Assembly (NCBI RefSeq): GCF_046119375.1
Contig: NW_027362761.1
Span: 971,416,001 to 971,480,000, forward strand
Reading direction: 5' to 3'
From: Phyllobates terribilis
Taxonomy: Eukaryota
DNA: 64,000 nt
Positions 35,560-48,528 of this stretch are shown here, one piece after another. Every line of letters starts with the position of its first letter. Position 1 is the first letter of the stretch. The notes below the pieces were generated by a model that was not told the DNA's origin, ran no database searches, and saw nothing but the letters and a program-made list of their open reading frames with translations. The position numbers and the translations under genes were made by a program.

Positions 35560-36110
35560 ACATAGCACAATGTTCCTGTCCCTGCAGTTGACAAATGCAG
35601 TGATTAAAATTCTGAATAGCCCTCCAGGTGGAGATGGTTTAGGGAGGATCCAGTAGGCCCTCTGCATGGCAAACATGGTGGAAAGGTTATCTCGGCTAGA
35701 TGTTTTCCTGGATACACAGATGTTGGGACTTCTCCACATATTTAGAGACTCCGTCCATGACAGCTTGTATAGGGACTTGTCACTCTTCAAGTTCACTGAC
35801 CTGGTGTTTAATTTCAGTAAGAAATTGACATTTCTGTTGACCCATGTTAATTTCCTCTATGCAGGTAGTGAGAATTGACACTGTATAGCAATGGTGGCCT
35901 CTTGCATCTCAAGGTTAATATCCAGTAGAGAGAGTATAAAAATCAGAATAAGAGGTTGTATCTGGTCATCAGAACAGTCAGCCACTGGCATATTCCCCTT
36001 TCTTTGGAGGTGCCATATCAAGTATTGTGTGCAAACGCTGGTTGAGGTAAAGGTAAAACTAGCACATGCGTCCAGCTCAGTAAGAATGGATCATGAACCT
36101 CCAAGCCAAA
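35560..36110 (+). pseudogene. Possible old L1/Tx1 ORF2 endonuclease remnant
   Basis: RLSRLDVFLDT resembles the APE motif SR(I/L)DYFL; otherwise degenerate. Confidence 0.3.
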
Positions 36111-39100
36111 CAGACTGAAATGGAATCTTTCATGAGGTATTGCCACCTAATCTTAGAGCAGAATAATGTAGAGGACCAGTAAACCTGCTGCCATGTAGTC
36201 GTCGATATTTATGGGCTCAAAATAACTCCCGCCCCCAACACTGATTGGCAGCTTTCTGCCTATGCACAGTGTACACAGAAAGCTGTCAATCAGTGATGTG
36301 GGCGGGGTTATACAGGGCTCAGCATCCAGAGAACTGGTAGCCCTGCAGCAGATAAAACTGTGATTTCATGAAAACAGCAGCAAGCAGCCCTGTAAGTGAT
36401 TGATTGTTGGAATCAGGGTCTCTGGCCCTACAACATTCTGCACTAAAATGTGGTAGCAAAAACCTGTTGACAAATTCCTTTTAAGAACTGTCTATACAAC
36501 AAGCAAATAGAGTTAGTGGAAGGGGGGTCTAGTATTTGGGGTGTAGGATGGTCAGCTCAATAAGCTGTCCATTTCCCAAGATGCGAAGGTGATCTTGCAC
36601 CTGTGATGCTCTGAGGACGCGAAGGCAGTTTTTAAATACAGCAGAACTGTATGAATATGGGAGCTGAAAGGCACAATGCAGCAGCAGGGAAGGAGAGTCT
36701 GATCTGAGATGGTGCAGTCTGCAGGTATTATCCTTGGATGGATTCTATCAAGGCGACAGCGCCACTGCGCCTCCATGCTGGTCGTCTTGCATAATAACAG
36801 ATGCCTATCGAATATCATTGATTTTAAGGGGATGCATCAGATTTCTGTTTACCATTTCCATTTCATCACTGGGTAGCAGGAAAGGTTATTTTAAACCCCA
36901 AAGCAATTAAAAAATTACTGTCTGCATAAAAATCTCATTAAAATCTATGGAGATATTAATGGAAACATTTGTCTATAAAGCGGCCGAACAGAAAAAGCCC
37001 AATAGATACTTTAACATCAGGTCTACGTGCATTCCTGTATTGCCGTTTTATATACTATAATGTTCAGTTCAGTGAAGAATAGCGCTAACATCGCTACTAT
37101 TGTGACTTCGGCTGTGTCTCTCCAACTTGTTGCTGCAGGCTCATTATCCCTGGTTCTGGATGATTAACCTTCCAAGCTAACGAGGCACAATGTGACGTCA
37201 TCCACGAGGCAGACTCATAGGGTTTATTGTCATAGTCTTCTTTATAGAAAAGGTGTCTAATCATCACAAATGATGCATTTCTACTGGAGCAGTCATTAAG
37301 CGCTATGTAACATAAAAATGATGATAGACATGTATTGATAGAAGCGCGGAGGGAAACAAAGAGCCCAGGTGTAATAGCTTCCATATGCTGTATCATCTGT
37401 ACTTGAAAGGGTTTTTTCCAAAATTCTATTTCAAGTTACCACACAAAAGCTACAAAAATGTTTTCTCTGCTCCCCCTCTGTTTCTTCCTAAAGTCATCAA
37501 TTTTATCTCCTTCTTCCGCAGCTTAATCCCGCAATAGACATTATGTAACTACCAACAGATTTCCCTATTGATGTGGAGCAACATATGCAGGCAGTTTACG
37601 TATTCTCCTTGTATTTGCAGGGCTCAGTTAATCCAGTTTCAATGTGGACCTGTTGTGTATACTTGTGTATGAGCGGAAAGCACCAAGTATAAAACTTGCA
37701 ATGTGTCAATCTTACAATCAGTTTTATCTGTGCAAAAAAAAATCTGATCGAGGTTTCTCAAGCTTCTCTTATCAGTGAAAAAAAAACAAAGTACTGATGA
37801 AATCTGAGTTCTGTCCGTTTTTTTTCACGGAAGCAACATTGGCATTGTCAAGTTTAATTTGTGACTTGGATCAATATTGGTCATGTCTCTGAGCAACCCA
37901 CTCAGTTGACAGAAATACACGGATATGTGAATAGTTCCATAGACTATAAAAAGTACAAGTTGTATCTATAAAAAACAAAGATAGAGCTCATACAACAAAA
38001 AGTGGCATCTAAATGAGCCCAAACTCTTCTATAATACATGCACAGATCGGTAGCAGTCGCTATCTTGCTGGCAGAATCCAGGAACCAGAAGTGCAGTTCA
38101 TGTATCATCACTGCACCTGGATAAACCGATTTTGGTACTGTCAGTAAACAATCATAGTTAAAAATGGTATAAAATATAAGAAAGACTCTCTAATGAATAA
38201 TTATATGTGAAGTTCTGATAGATACTTACTTTCACAGTATTTAGGACTGTTTTGCAGTCTGTAAAATAAGATGAGCTTAGTCACTCGTGGCTCCTTAAAT
38301 GCTGCTGGCTTCTTTGTGCACTCCCCGGAAGAAGCAAGGCGAAATGCTCGTCGGGGTGAAGCGACACAACGCCCCATATTCCCTGTGCCTTGGTGATTAT
38401 TGCAGAATTAGGTAAATTGTACCAACCTGTATTTTGCTTACACCTCGAGCACAGCGGTGGAAGGTAATCCAGAGTCTAGGCAGGCATCTTAAGGGGAATT
38501 ACAGTATTTTTAATAGACATTTGGTCTGTAATAATAATGACACTATGCTATCTACCTATGTGTTCATCATGTGTTCTATGCCTGGTGTATTTTGTGTTAC
38601 TTTTTTGAGGCATTCCCTTATACACTTTTTAATTTTTTTTAGATTTTTGATTAATAAACTATTTATATTTTACTTATTATTGATCTCTTTATATTCAACC
38701 TGGCTGCAACACAACCTGTTGTATTTGAATATGGCTATCAAATGCAGGAATCTGTCGCCAGATTTTACAGAATAGATGACATACATTATTAAAAACATTC
38801 TAGATCTGATGAGACTAGTATGTTTACTCTAAAATTCATGGCAGAACTGCTGTTTTAATTATTTTTGAAAGTTTCCCTACCTGATATTAAAATGAGCAAT
38901 TTCAATCCAAATCCTAAAATTTGGATTATACAGCCATATTGACATAGGTTTTTAAAGTACACCAGCTTCATCAGACCCAATTTCTATGTAATATTTGTAT
39001 TGTGACAGACTCTTTAAAATCATATTTTGTCCCATATTACAATAAACAAAAATAATCTTCTCTGTGTTGTCTCAGGAACTCACCCATGGCCTTCCTCCTT

Positions 39101-39910
39101 TTCCCTGCCCTGTGTGTCGCTGTAATGGTCCTTTTGCATGCACATTAAAGATAGCTAAACTCACAAATTTGGGCAAAACCACAAATTGGAACCAGCAAAC
39201 CATGTAATATGTGTAGGGGTCTCGTAACTCTTTCCCAACATATTATGTAGGTGGAGAGAAGAATCGGACACATTAAGGTATAATCCTATTGTTCTGCAGC
39301 TTCACATGACCCGTTGGCAAAGCTGAGCATTCATGTGAACAGGGCAATACAGATTTACCACATCAAGTGGGCACCACTAAAAAATGTCAGAATATGTAAA
39401 TTAACATTCTCTCATACTATCTAGATGAAGCTGTACTCACTTGGCGAAATGGGCGTCGGGTTTTAGAACAAATGCATGTAATGGGGATAGAATGAGAGAC
39501 AGTGTAAGGGCTTTTAATACGATCGTAAAATTGGATGAGTGCTATCCATAGTTTTGACGGATAGCACTCGTCACCGTGTTATTCAATGAAGACATGCATA
39601 TGCCCGATTTTTTCCTCGGACAGAGGAACTCCGATATTTGGAATGCATGGGTTTGTGAGAAACATCAGAACACACTCGGATAACATCTGAGTGTGGTCCG
39701 ATTTTCACGGACAGACTGAAGCTGAAACTTTTTTTTTTTCTTTTCTTCTCCACATCCGAGAAAATTGTATCACACTCTGATCAAACTCTAATAAGCATAA
39801 TCGAACAAATTTTGTAGGATAAGAGAAAAATGGTTGTGTGACCCTAGCTTAAGGAATGCCACTCAATAGACAAAACATCTATTAAGACCGCAGCCATAAC
39901 CTAGCATATA

Positions 39911-41278
39911 CAATGGCTTGCAAACTTATTCACTCTTCTTGGCATTTTTTGTTTATTGCTACCTCACAATCTGGAATTTCACTGGTTTCTTTTAAGGGTT
40001 TGCATCAGTTCATGTAAAGAAGATGCCTACAACTGTAAACATTTGGTTTTCTTTTTATTGTGAAGCAAACAACAAATAGGACAAAATAACTGAAAATTTC
40101 AGTGTGTATAATTATTCACCACCCTAAAGTCAGTATTTTATAGAGCCTCCTTTGCGGCAATTACAGCTGCAAGTCGCTTTGGATAAGTCTCTAAGTGTTG
40201 CTTTAGCAGTCTACTTTGGGTCATTGTCTTGTTGGAAGGTGAAACTCCGTCCCAGTCTCAAATCACTGACAGACAGGTTTTGTTCAAGAATATCTCTGTA
40301 TTTCACACCATCTATTGTCCCCTCAACTCGGACCATGTTCCCTGTCCCTGCTTCCGAAAAACATCCCCACAGCATGATGCTGCTGCTACCACCATGTTTC
40401 ACTGTGGGGATGGTGTTCTTGTGTTGTTTTGGTGCCATACATAGTGTTTACCTTGGTGCCCAAAAAGTTAAATTTTGGGCTCAACTGACCACAGCACCTT
40501 CCTCCATACATTTGGGGAGTCTCCCACATGTCTTTTGGCAAACTCAAAACGAGCCTTACAATTTTTGTGTGCAAGTAAAGGCTTTTTTTCTGCCCACTTT
40601 TCCATAAAGGCCACCTCTAACTCTGCAACTCCTACTGGGTTACCTTTGGTCTCTGTCCTACCTCTCTGATTAGTGCGCTCCTTGTCTGGGCTGAGCATTT
40701 TAGTGGGCGGCCCTCTCTTGGCAGGTTTGTTGTGGTACCATGTTCTTTCCATTTGATGATAATGGATTTGATGGTGTTCCGGAGGGGTCATCAGAGATTG
40801 GGATTTTTTTTTTTATAACCCAACCCTGACTTGTACTTCTCAACAACTTTGTCCCTGACTTGTTTGGAGATCTCCTTGGTCTTCATGGTGTTGTGTGGTC
40901 AGTGGTGCTTCTTGCTTAATGATGTTGCAGCCTCTGTGGCCTATCAGAAAAGGAGTGTATATACTGACTGACCATGTGACACTTAGATTGCACACAGTTG
41001 GACTTCCTTTCACTAAGCATGTGACTTATGAAGGTAATTGCTTACACCAGAAATTTTTAGGGGCTTCATCGCAAAAGGGGTGAAGATATATGCACATGCC
41101 AATTTTTAGTTATTTGATCCCATAAATTTAATTTATGCCTATATTTTTCTCACTTCACTTCTCCAACTTAGACTATTGAGTGCTGATGCATCACACACAA
41201 ATCAGATTACAACAATATTTAAACACAGGTTGTAATGTAACAAAATAGAAAAAAAAAGCCAAGGGAGGCAAGCCACTG
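39911..41278 (-). mobile_element. Internally deleted Tc1 element
   Basis: TA flanks; TIR CA(A/G)TGGCTTGC; transposase pieces KARFEFAKRH...KVLWSVEPKI and TVKHGG...[10 protein letters not shown]. Confidence 0.88.
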
Positions 41279-41369
41279 TATGTAGCACTGTCTACCCGTT
41301 GCAGTAAAGGAACCTATTTACATCTGGAAGGCCTGTGACAGAAAGCTCTGAGCAGGAGGGTTCGTTCAT

Positions 41370-41620
41370 GGGCAGCACGGTGGCTCAGTAATTAGCATTG
41401 TTACATTGCAGCACTGGGGTCCTGGGTTCAAATCCCACCAAGGACAATATCTGCAAGGAGTTTGTATGTTCTCTCTGTGTTTTTGTGGGTTTCCTCCCAC
41501 ACTCCAAAGACATACTGATAGGGAATGTATATTGTGAGCTCCAATGGTGATTGCGATAATGTCATCTGTAACGTGCAGTGGAATTAATGTGCTATAGAAG
41601 TGAGCAAAATAAATAAATAT
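41370..41620 (+). mobile_element. V-SINE-like SINE, second full copy
   Basis: Same head (GGGCAGCACGGTGGCTC, B-box GGTTCAAATCC) and body as 14085-14370. Confidence 0.87.
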
Positions 41621-41754
41621 TGTAGGTGTCTTATTGCCACAATATATCTAATATCTTTACAGACCAACGTTAGATGTTCTATGCATACTGAAAGGACACG
41701 CCTAATAGTATTGGGATCAATTTATATAATCAATCTCCAAGTTATTTTTATATA

Positions 41755-42066
41755 CAGTACAGACCAAAAGTTTGGACACACCTTCTCATTCAAAGAAAAC
41801 AATTTCCGGTGACTACCTCTTGAAGCTCATCAAGAGAATGCCAAGAGTGTGGAAAGCAGTCATCAAAGCAAAAGGTGGCTACTTTGAAGAACCTAGAATA
41901 TAAAACATATTTTCAGTTGTTTCACACTTTTTTGTTAAGTATATAATTCCACATGTGTTAATTCATAGTTTTGATGCCTTCAGTGTGAATGTACAATTTT
42001 CATAGTCAAGAAAATACAGAAAAATCTTTAAATGAGAAGGTGTGTCCAAACTTTTGGTCTGTACTG
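41755..42066 (+). mobile_element. 312-bp Tc1 deletion derivative (MITE)
   Basis: Perfect 36-bp TIR CAGTACAGACCAAAAGTTTGGACACACCTTCTCATT; TA flanks; retains the transposase C-terminus (RMPRVWKAVIKAKGGYFEE). Confidence 0.93.
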
Positions 42067-42073
42067 TATACAG

Positions 42074-42104
<31 letters not shown>

Positions 42105-42527
42105 TTTAGAACCTTAAAACAGTCTTTCGCATTTAGATTTAATTAATTTAATAGTATATGAGTCATCATCAAATCTCCTCCAGTATAATCAGATTATTAT
42201 ATATCCTAAATTATGAATTATAATTTTTTTCCCTTTTATAGACAATAGATATAAACCGAACACAGGTTGTCTGACATTACTACACTGAACTTACCATTAA
42301 ATCCTCGTATAAAAATTTAGTAAGGGCATATGCCTATAGTCTCAGGACATAACTGACTATATCACATGCATTTGGAATTGGTGTAAATAATGAAGTATTC
42401 TAATTAAACCATATGTAGTTATTATTTGATAAATATTAGAAGTAATAAAATCTATTTTATCTCAACATCCTTACTTCTATTCCCTATCCTTAGTTTACAT
42501 ATGATTCGGGAGCGATACGTAGCTGCA

Positions 42528-42964
42528 ATGCCTTATTCACACGTACATGTTGTACGTACGTTCTATTCATGTTTTTTCACAGATAGAACTGTTAGAATCT
42601 ATGGTGTTTTTTGTGTTTTTTCATGGACCTTGCTTCTGTGTAATACACACAGATATGTCCAGGATCACAGATAAAAAGGGCCAATACAAGTCTATGGTTC
42701 CGTGAAAAACACTTACAGCATTGGAAAGGTTACTAGAAGCTTTGTCATTTATTTATCAATATATGAAAAACATTGATGAAACACTGATTGTAAAAACGGA
42801 CACATGGAGCAAACACTGATAAGGTACTGATGATAAAAACGGACATACTGATCAAACACAGATGGTAAAAATGGACACATGCACCATAAAGTGATTCTAA
42901 ACACTGAGGACACCGGGTGTCATTTTTCACATACGTGTTTAAACACTGACATGTGAATGAGGCC
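42528..42964. mobile_element. PIF/Harbinger-type MITE (representative; related copies near 16500-16950, 19040-19400 and 30075-30420)
   Basis: Terminal GGCCTCATTCACA-like inverted repeat; symmetrical ACTGAT-rich interior. Confidence 0.55.
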
Positions 42965-43176
42965 TTAGATTAAGTTCACAAGTGACAGCTAAAGTGTAAG
43001 GCTACCGGGAGACAATTAGTAGGGGCAGAAGCCTCCCTACTATGTTCTATCTGCAGTAGAACAAAAGACTACCAAGTCTTGAAAAGAGGGGTTCAGTCAA
43101 CTACCAGCTGCCGCTGAGGCCGATCAGGTTATTAACCTTCGTTTTCTGTCATACTTCTACATGACTGAATGCTTAG

Positions 43177-44051
43177 AGGGAATCTGTCAGCGGCTCTTTG
43201 CTCTGTAATCTGAGAACAGCATGAGGTAGCAGCAGAGATACTGAATTCAATGATCTGTCACTTTTTTGGCTGTGTGCGGTTTATTCACTAGGAAATAATC
43301 AATGCTGAACTACAGCAGCGCGTGAACCCTGGTCTGACCACGCCCCCTCCTGTGATAAACAGCTCACTGTTAATAGACTATGCACATAGAGACCTCCTTA
43401 TGAAACTGTTGTGTGCGGTGAAACGCGTCAGGGCATAAGGGGGGGATCCAGCTCCTTTGGCTTCCACTATAGTTCCACCATGGCTGCAGGTAAATGATAT
43501 GTCCTGTTGCTCTATTTTTGTTTATGGATTAAGGGTACAAGAAGGTGCATGTGATTCTAGGCTGTCAGATCGTGACCATCCTCTATATACATATCATTCA
43601 TATGAGCCTTATATTGTGGCAATATTGCTGACCTTAGTGTTTAGAGGAGGCATCTGTTAAATAATTGTACCTTATAATACTCTATCATAGGTGGAGAGAT
43701 TGATTAAATGCCATACAGTGGTAGCATTTGAGCTGCCCCCTATCACTTGCTAGTTAGTTTGTATTCAGTCTCTCTACATATTGGTATGTTGTTAGTTTTT
43801 AATAGCTTTATAATAAAATGTATATATTTTATATCATCTTTGGGTCTGGCATTCCTTCTTGGTGCTCTATAGGTTATATATGCACATAGAGAGCCTGGTG
43901 TGGGCGGGGTTAGATTTCTCAGCTTTGCTGCAGATTGTGTCACAGCTGCTGCACCCAGGAAGCTAAGTGATATTTTATTGGAATAAGGCTCACTTGCCTC
44001 ATAATATGCTACTCTCAGATTAAATAGCAAAAACCTGCTGACAGATTCCCT
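43177..44051. mobile_element. T2/Kolobok-type MITE containing a 485-bp insertion
   Basis: Perfect 15-bp TIR AGGGAATCTGTCAGC; flanks TTAG / TTAA. Confidence 0.88.
43394..43878 (+). mobile_element. Retroposed 485-bp insert, Penelope/retrozyme-like, starting with a degenerate hammerhead motif
   Basis: Flanked by the 15-bp direct repeat TATGCACATAGAGAG (43379-43393 and 43879-43893); CTTATGA-stem-GAAACGCGTC at 43399-43431; AATAAA near the 3' end. Confidence 0.6.
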
Positions 44052-45844
44052 TTAAGGATCATGCAGAAAATGCTGCCACCTGAAAATTAGGCTATGTGCT
44101 CACGTTGAGTATTTGGTTGCAGAAATTTCTGCAAGGTTTCTGCATCTCCTGGCAGCAAAAACTCTGCTGAAAAAAAATGTGCATTTTTGCAGCAATCAAT
44201 GCGTTTTTGCATGAGTTTTTTGATGCGTTTTTGCATAGCAATGAATGCTTTTTGGAGCTAAATAAAGACATTTGAAAAAAAGAAACGTGGGACATCGCTT
44301 TAACCCTTGGATTACCGTCGGACCTGGGGTGAGTATGTTGGTTAATTTAACCCCTTAACAGACGCCGTAACACATTTTTTACGGCGGTCATTAAGGGTAC
44401 TTATTTCACAGCGCCGTTAAGATGTGTCGCTGTGGAATACGTAAATAGTGCCGCTCGTCGGCAACGACTCCTGCCGGTGCCAGCTGTGTGTGACAGCTGA
44501 CATCCTGCAGTATCGGCCAAGGCAGGTCTCGATGCCAATTGACAGATAAACCCCTTAAATACTGCTGTGAATCGTGACAGCGGTATTTAAGTGCTTACCA
44601 GGGGGTCGCAAGACCCCCTTGGTAATCATCAGACCCCCGCGATGAGAATCGTGGGTCCCGATGGTTACCATGGTACCCTGAGATCATGTGATGATCCGAG
44701 GGTACGGTGGCCTGTGAGATCCAACGAGCTGGATCTCACAGGCAGAGTCAGTGAGCCAGACATGACTCACTGACAGGTCTCATGCACTGCAGTACAGAGG
44801 TACTGTAGAGTATGAGACCAGCTACCAAAGTGACAATTACACATGTCCCGCAGTGAGACTTGGTGAAAAAGTAAAAAAAAAAAAAAAAAGTTAAATAAAA
44901 TATGTAAAAAAAGTAAAAATAAACACAAAATGTGCACACAGATCACTAAAATCTGTTTTGGCGCTCAAAACGCAGCGTTTGTGATAAAACAAAAATAAAT
45001 GAAAAAACATGCACATAATTGGTATCTCTGCGTCTGGAACGACCTGCTCTATAACGGTCACGTTATTTAGTCCGTTTAGCGAATGCCGTTAAAAAAAAAA
45101 CATGCCAAAAATGTCGCTTTTTCATCATACTGACTCACAAAAAAATGAATAAAAAGCGATCAAAAAGTCGTATGTAAAAAAAAAAAAAAATTATATAAAT
45201 AAAAACGCCAATCCGTCCCACAAAAAAAAAGCCATAATATAGCTCATTCGGCAAAAAAATAAAAAAGTTACAGCTCTCAGAATGCGACGATGCAAAATCA
45301 AATTCTTTTTTTGTAAAATACCGCTTTTAGTCTGTAAAAATAGCAAAGCATAAAAAAAATATATAAATCTGGTATTGCTTTTTTGTACCGACCCGGCGGA
45401 CAAATTGGTCATATCACTTTTATCGCACGTAGAACGGAGTAAAAAATAAAAACAATAACTGAATTGCTGTTTTTTGTTCATTCTGTGTCTGAAAAATCTG
45501 AATAAAAAGCAAGCAAAAATTACTATGTGCCCCAAAATGGTACCAAAAAAATCTGCAATTCGTCCCGCAAAAAATAAGCCATCATACAGCTGTGTTCACC
45601 AAAAATTAAAAAAGTTACAGCTCTCAGAATATGGTAACGAAAAGTACTACTTTTTATATATAAAAAAACATTTTTACTGTGTGACAGCAACAAAACTTTA
45701 AAAAAAAAAACATATAAATCTGGTACCGCTGCAATTGCACTGACCCGACATAAATCCGCCTTATCACTTATATCGCGCAAAAATAAAAATAAGAACTATT
45801 CTGGTACTGCTATTTCTTCATTCTGCCTCCAAAAATTGGAATAA

Positions 45845-46233
45845 GGCTCGGCTCACATTTATCCTGTGCGCTCCACTGAGCGCTTACGTCGGGGTTTCCG
45901 TGTAAATTCACCAAAACCGCAATTCAGACAAAAAACCCAGATGGAACCACTGACTTATGAAGCCGATGGAGTCCCTTTGGACTGGTCTCTGTTCCAGCGG
46001 CGTACTATCATTTTAGGCTTTTTTTTATAGCGCACAAGTGTGGATGACCACAGATCTGTCTGCATCTAAAAAGATTGGGGACCACTGGAGCAGACGTCAA
46101 ACGGGCTCCAAGGTGTCTCCATCTGCCTGTTTGTGGTGGGTGGTTCCGTTGGGGGTTTCGTCTGAATCGCATTTTTGTGGGATTTACACATAAACCCCGT
46201 CGTAAGTGCTGAGCGTAGACTGGCGATCCAGCC
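45845..46233. mobile_element. Harbinger-type MITE nested in the piggyBac-like element
   Basis: TAA TSD on both sides; GGCT...AGCC termini; palindromic interior. Confidence 0.75.
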
Positions 46234-46677
46234 TAATTCTGGAAGCAATCAAAAATTATGTACCCTAAAATGTTACCAATAAAACCCCTAATTTATCCCA
46301 CACAAAACTAGCCCCCTCTCAGGTCCGTCATCTGTCGCTGGGACTATAGGGGGTCCCACGTTGCTGGTAGAACAAAAACTCTGTAAAAGCGACAGCTTCC
46401 GCCCCCTCAAATACAATCCAGTGAATTCTGCGCTCCCAAACCCAAATGCCCCCTCTTTCTGAGCCCCACTGTGCCTGAATCGCAGTAAGAGGCCACATGT
46501 TAGGCATTATTGTAGCGGGGAGAGCACTTAATTTATGGGGTGTGTCACCAGGAGAAATGTATGGGGGACTACACTTTATGGGGGCACAATGTATGGGCAC
46601 TAAACTGACATATTTGGAATTCTCCAGAATAAAGCCTGGTGTGGATGTTACATAATAGTCACTGATGTGTAATTTCA

Positions 46678-48330
46678 ACAATGGGGTCACTTTTGGGGTT
46701 TTTCTGCTGTTCTGGCACCTTAGGGGCTCCGCAAATGTCACCCACAAACTATTGCATCAAAATCTATGCTCCAAAAGCCAAATAGTGCTCCTTCCTTCTC
46801 AGCCCTGACTTGTGGCCTAACAGTAATTTCTGATGACATATGGGGCATCATCTCGTTCGGGAGGAATAGCATAACAAATTATGGGGTCCGCTTTCTTCTA
46901 TTATCTATTGCAAAAATTATACATTTGAGGCTAAAACTACATTTTCGTGAAAAAAATTAAAATTTTCAGTAAGACAACCGAATGTTATCAAATTCTGTGG
47001 AGTATTTGTGGGTTCAAAATGCTCCTTATAACCCTGGATAAAATCCTTGAGCGATGTAGTTTACAAAATGGGGTCACTTGGTTTTTTTCCCCACTGTTTA
47101 GGCACATAAGGGGCTCTCCAAACGCGACATGACATCCGCAGACCATTCCATCAAAGTCTGGTTCCAAACGTCACTCCTTCCTTTCCAAGCCCTGCCGTAC
47201 GCCCAAACAATAGTTTTCCCCTATATGTAGGGTATGTCCGTACTCAAGAGCAATTGCACAACAAATTGTGGGGTCCATTTTCTCCTGTTACCCTCATGAA
47301 AAGAAAAAAATTCAGGCTAAAAGTACACTTTTGTGGAAAAAAATGTGATTTCTTAGTTTCACGGCTTTACGTTATAAACTTCTGTGAAGCACCTGGCGGT
47401 TCATGGTGCTCGCCACACATCTAGATAAGTTCCCTGAGGGGTCTAGTTTTCAAAATGGTGTCACTTGTGGCGGGCTTCCACTGTTTAGGCACATCAGAGG
47501 CTCCCCAAACGCGACATGGCTTCCGCTAATTATTTAAGCAAATTTAACATTCAAGAAGTCAAATGGTGCTCCTTCCCTTCCGAACCCTGCCGTGCGCCCA
47601 AAGTGTTTTTCCCCACATATGGGGGGTATCGGCTTACTCAGGAGGAATTGCACAACAAATGGTATGGGGCAATTTCTCCTGTTACCCTTATGAAAATGCA
47701 AAATTGGGGAATGAAAAACATTTTTGTGGGAAAAATGTGAACATTTTATTTTTACAGCTCAATGTTATAAACTTTGGTGAGCACCTTGAACCCCCAGGTG
47801 CTTCACAGCACATCCAGATAAGTTCCCTAAGGGGTCTAGTTTCCAAAATGGTGTCACTTGTGGGGGGTTTCCATTGTTTAGGCACATCAGGGGCTCCCCA
47901 AACGCGTCATGGCGTCGGCTAATTATTCAAGCAAACTTTACATTCAAAAAGTCAAATGGTGCTCCTTCCGTTTCGAACCCTGCCATGTGCCCAAACAGTG
48001 ATTTTCCCCCACATATGGGATATCGGCGTGCTCAGGAGTAATTGCACGACAAATTTTGGGGTCCATTTTCTCTCATTACCCTTGAAAAAATAAAAAAATT
48101 GGGTCTGAAGTAAACATTTTGTGAAAAAAAGTTAAATGTTCATTTTTTCCTTCCAGGTTGCTTCAGTTCCTGTGAAGCACGTGAAAGGTTAATAAACTTC
48201 TTGAATGTGGTTTGGGCACCTTGAAGGGTGCAGTTTTTAGAATGATGTCACTTTTGGGTATTTTCTGTCATATAGATCCCTCAAAGTCACTTCAAATGTG
48301 ATGCGGTCCCTAAAAAATGGTTTTGTAAAT
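46678..48330. repeat. Degenerate ~390-bp tandem repeats inside the piggyBac-like element
   Basis: AATG(G/A)(G/T)GTCAC anchor at ~46678, 47065, 47452, 47845 and 48239. Confidence 0.8.
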
Positions 48331-48528
48331 TTTGTTGGAAAAATGAGAAATCGCTGGTCAACTTTTAACCCTTATAACTTCCGAACAAAAAAAAAATTTT
48401 GGCTCCAAAATTGTTCTGATGTAAAATAGACATGTGGGAACTGTTATTTATTAACTATTTTGTATGACATATCTCTCTGATTTATGGCCATGAAAATTCA
48501 AAGTTTGAATTTTGAACCAAGGAGCAGC

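Noticed and set aside
38805-39000. CTGATGA words suggesting more hammerheads (also in Harbinger MITEs and at 54933)
   Set aside because: No stem II followed by GAAA and an NUH site; they are parts of MITE inverted repeats or chance matches.
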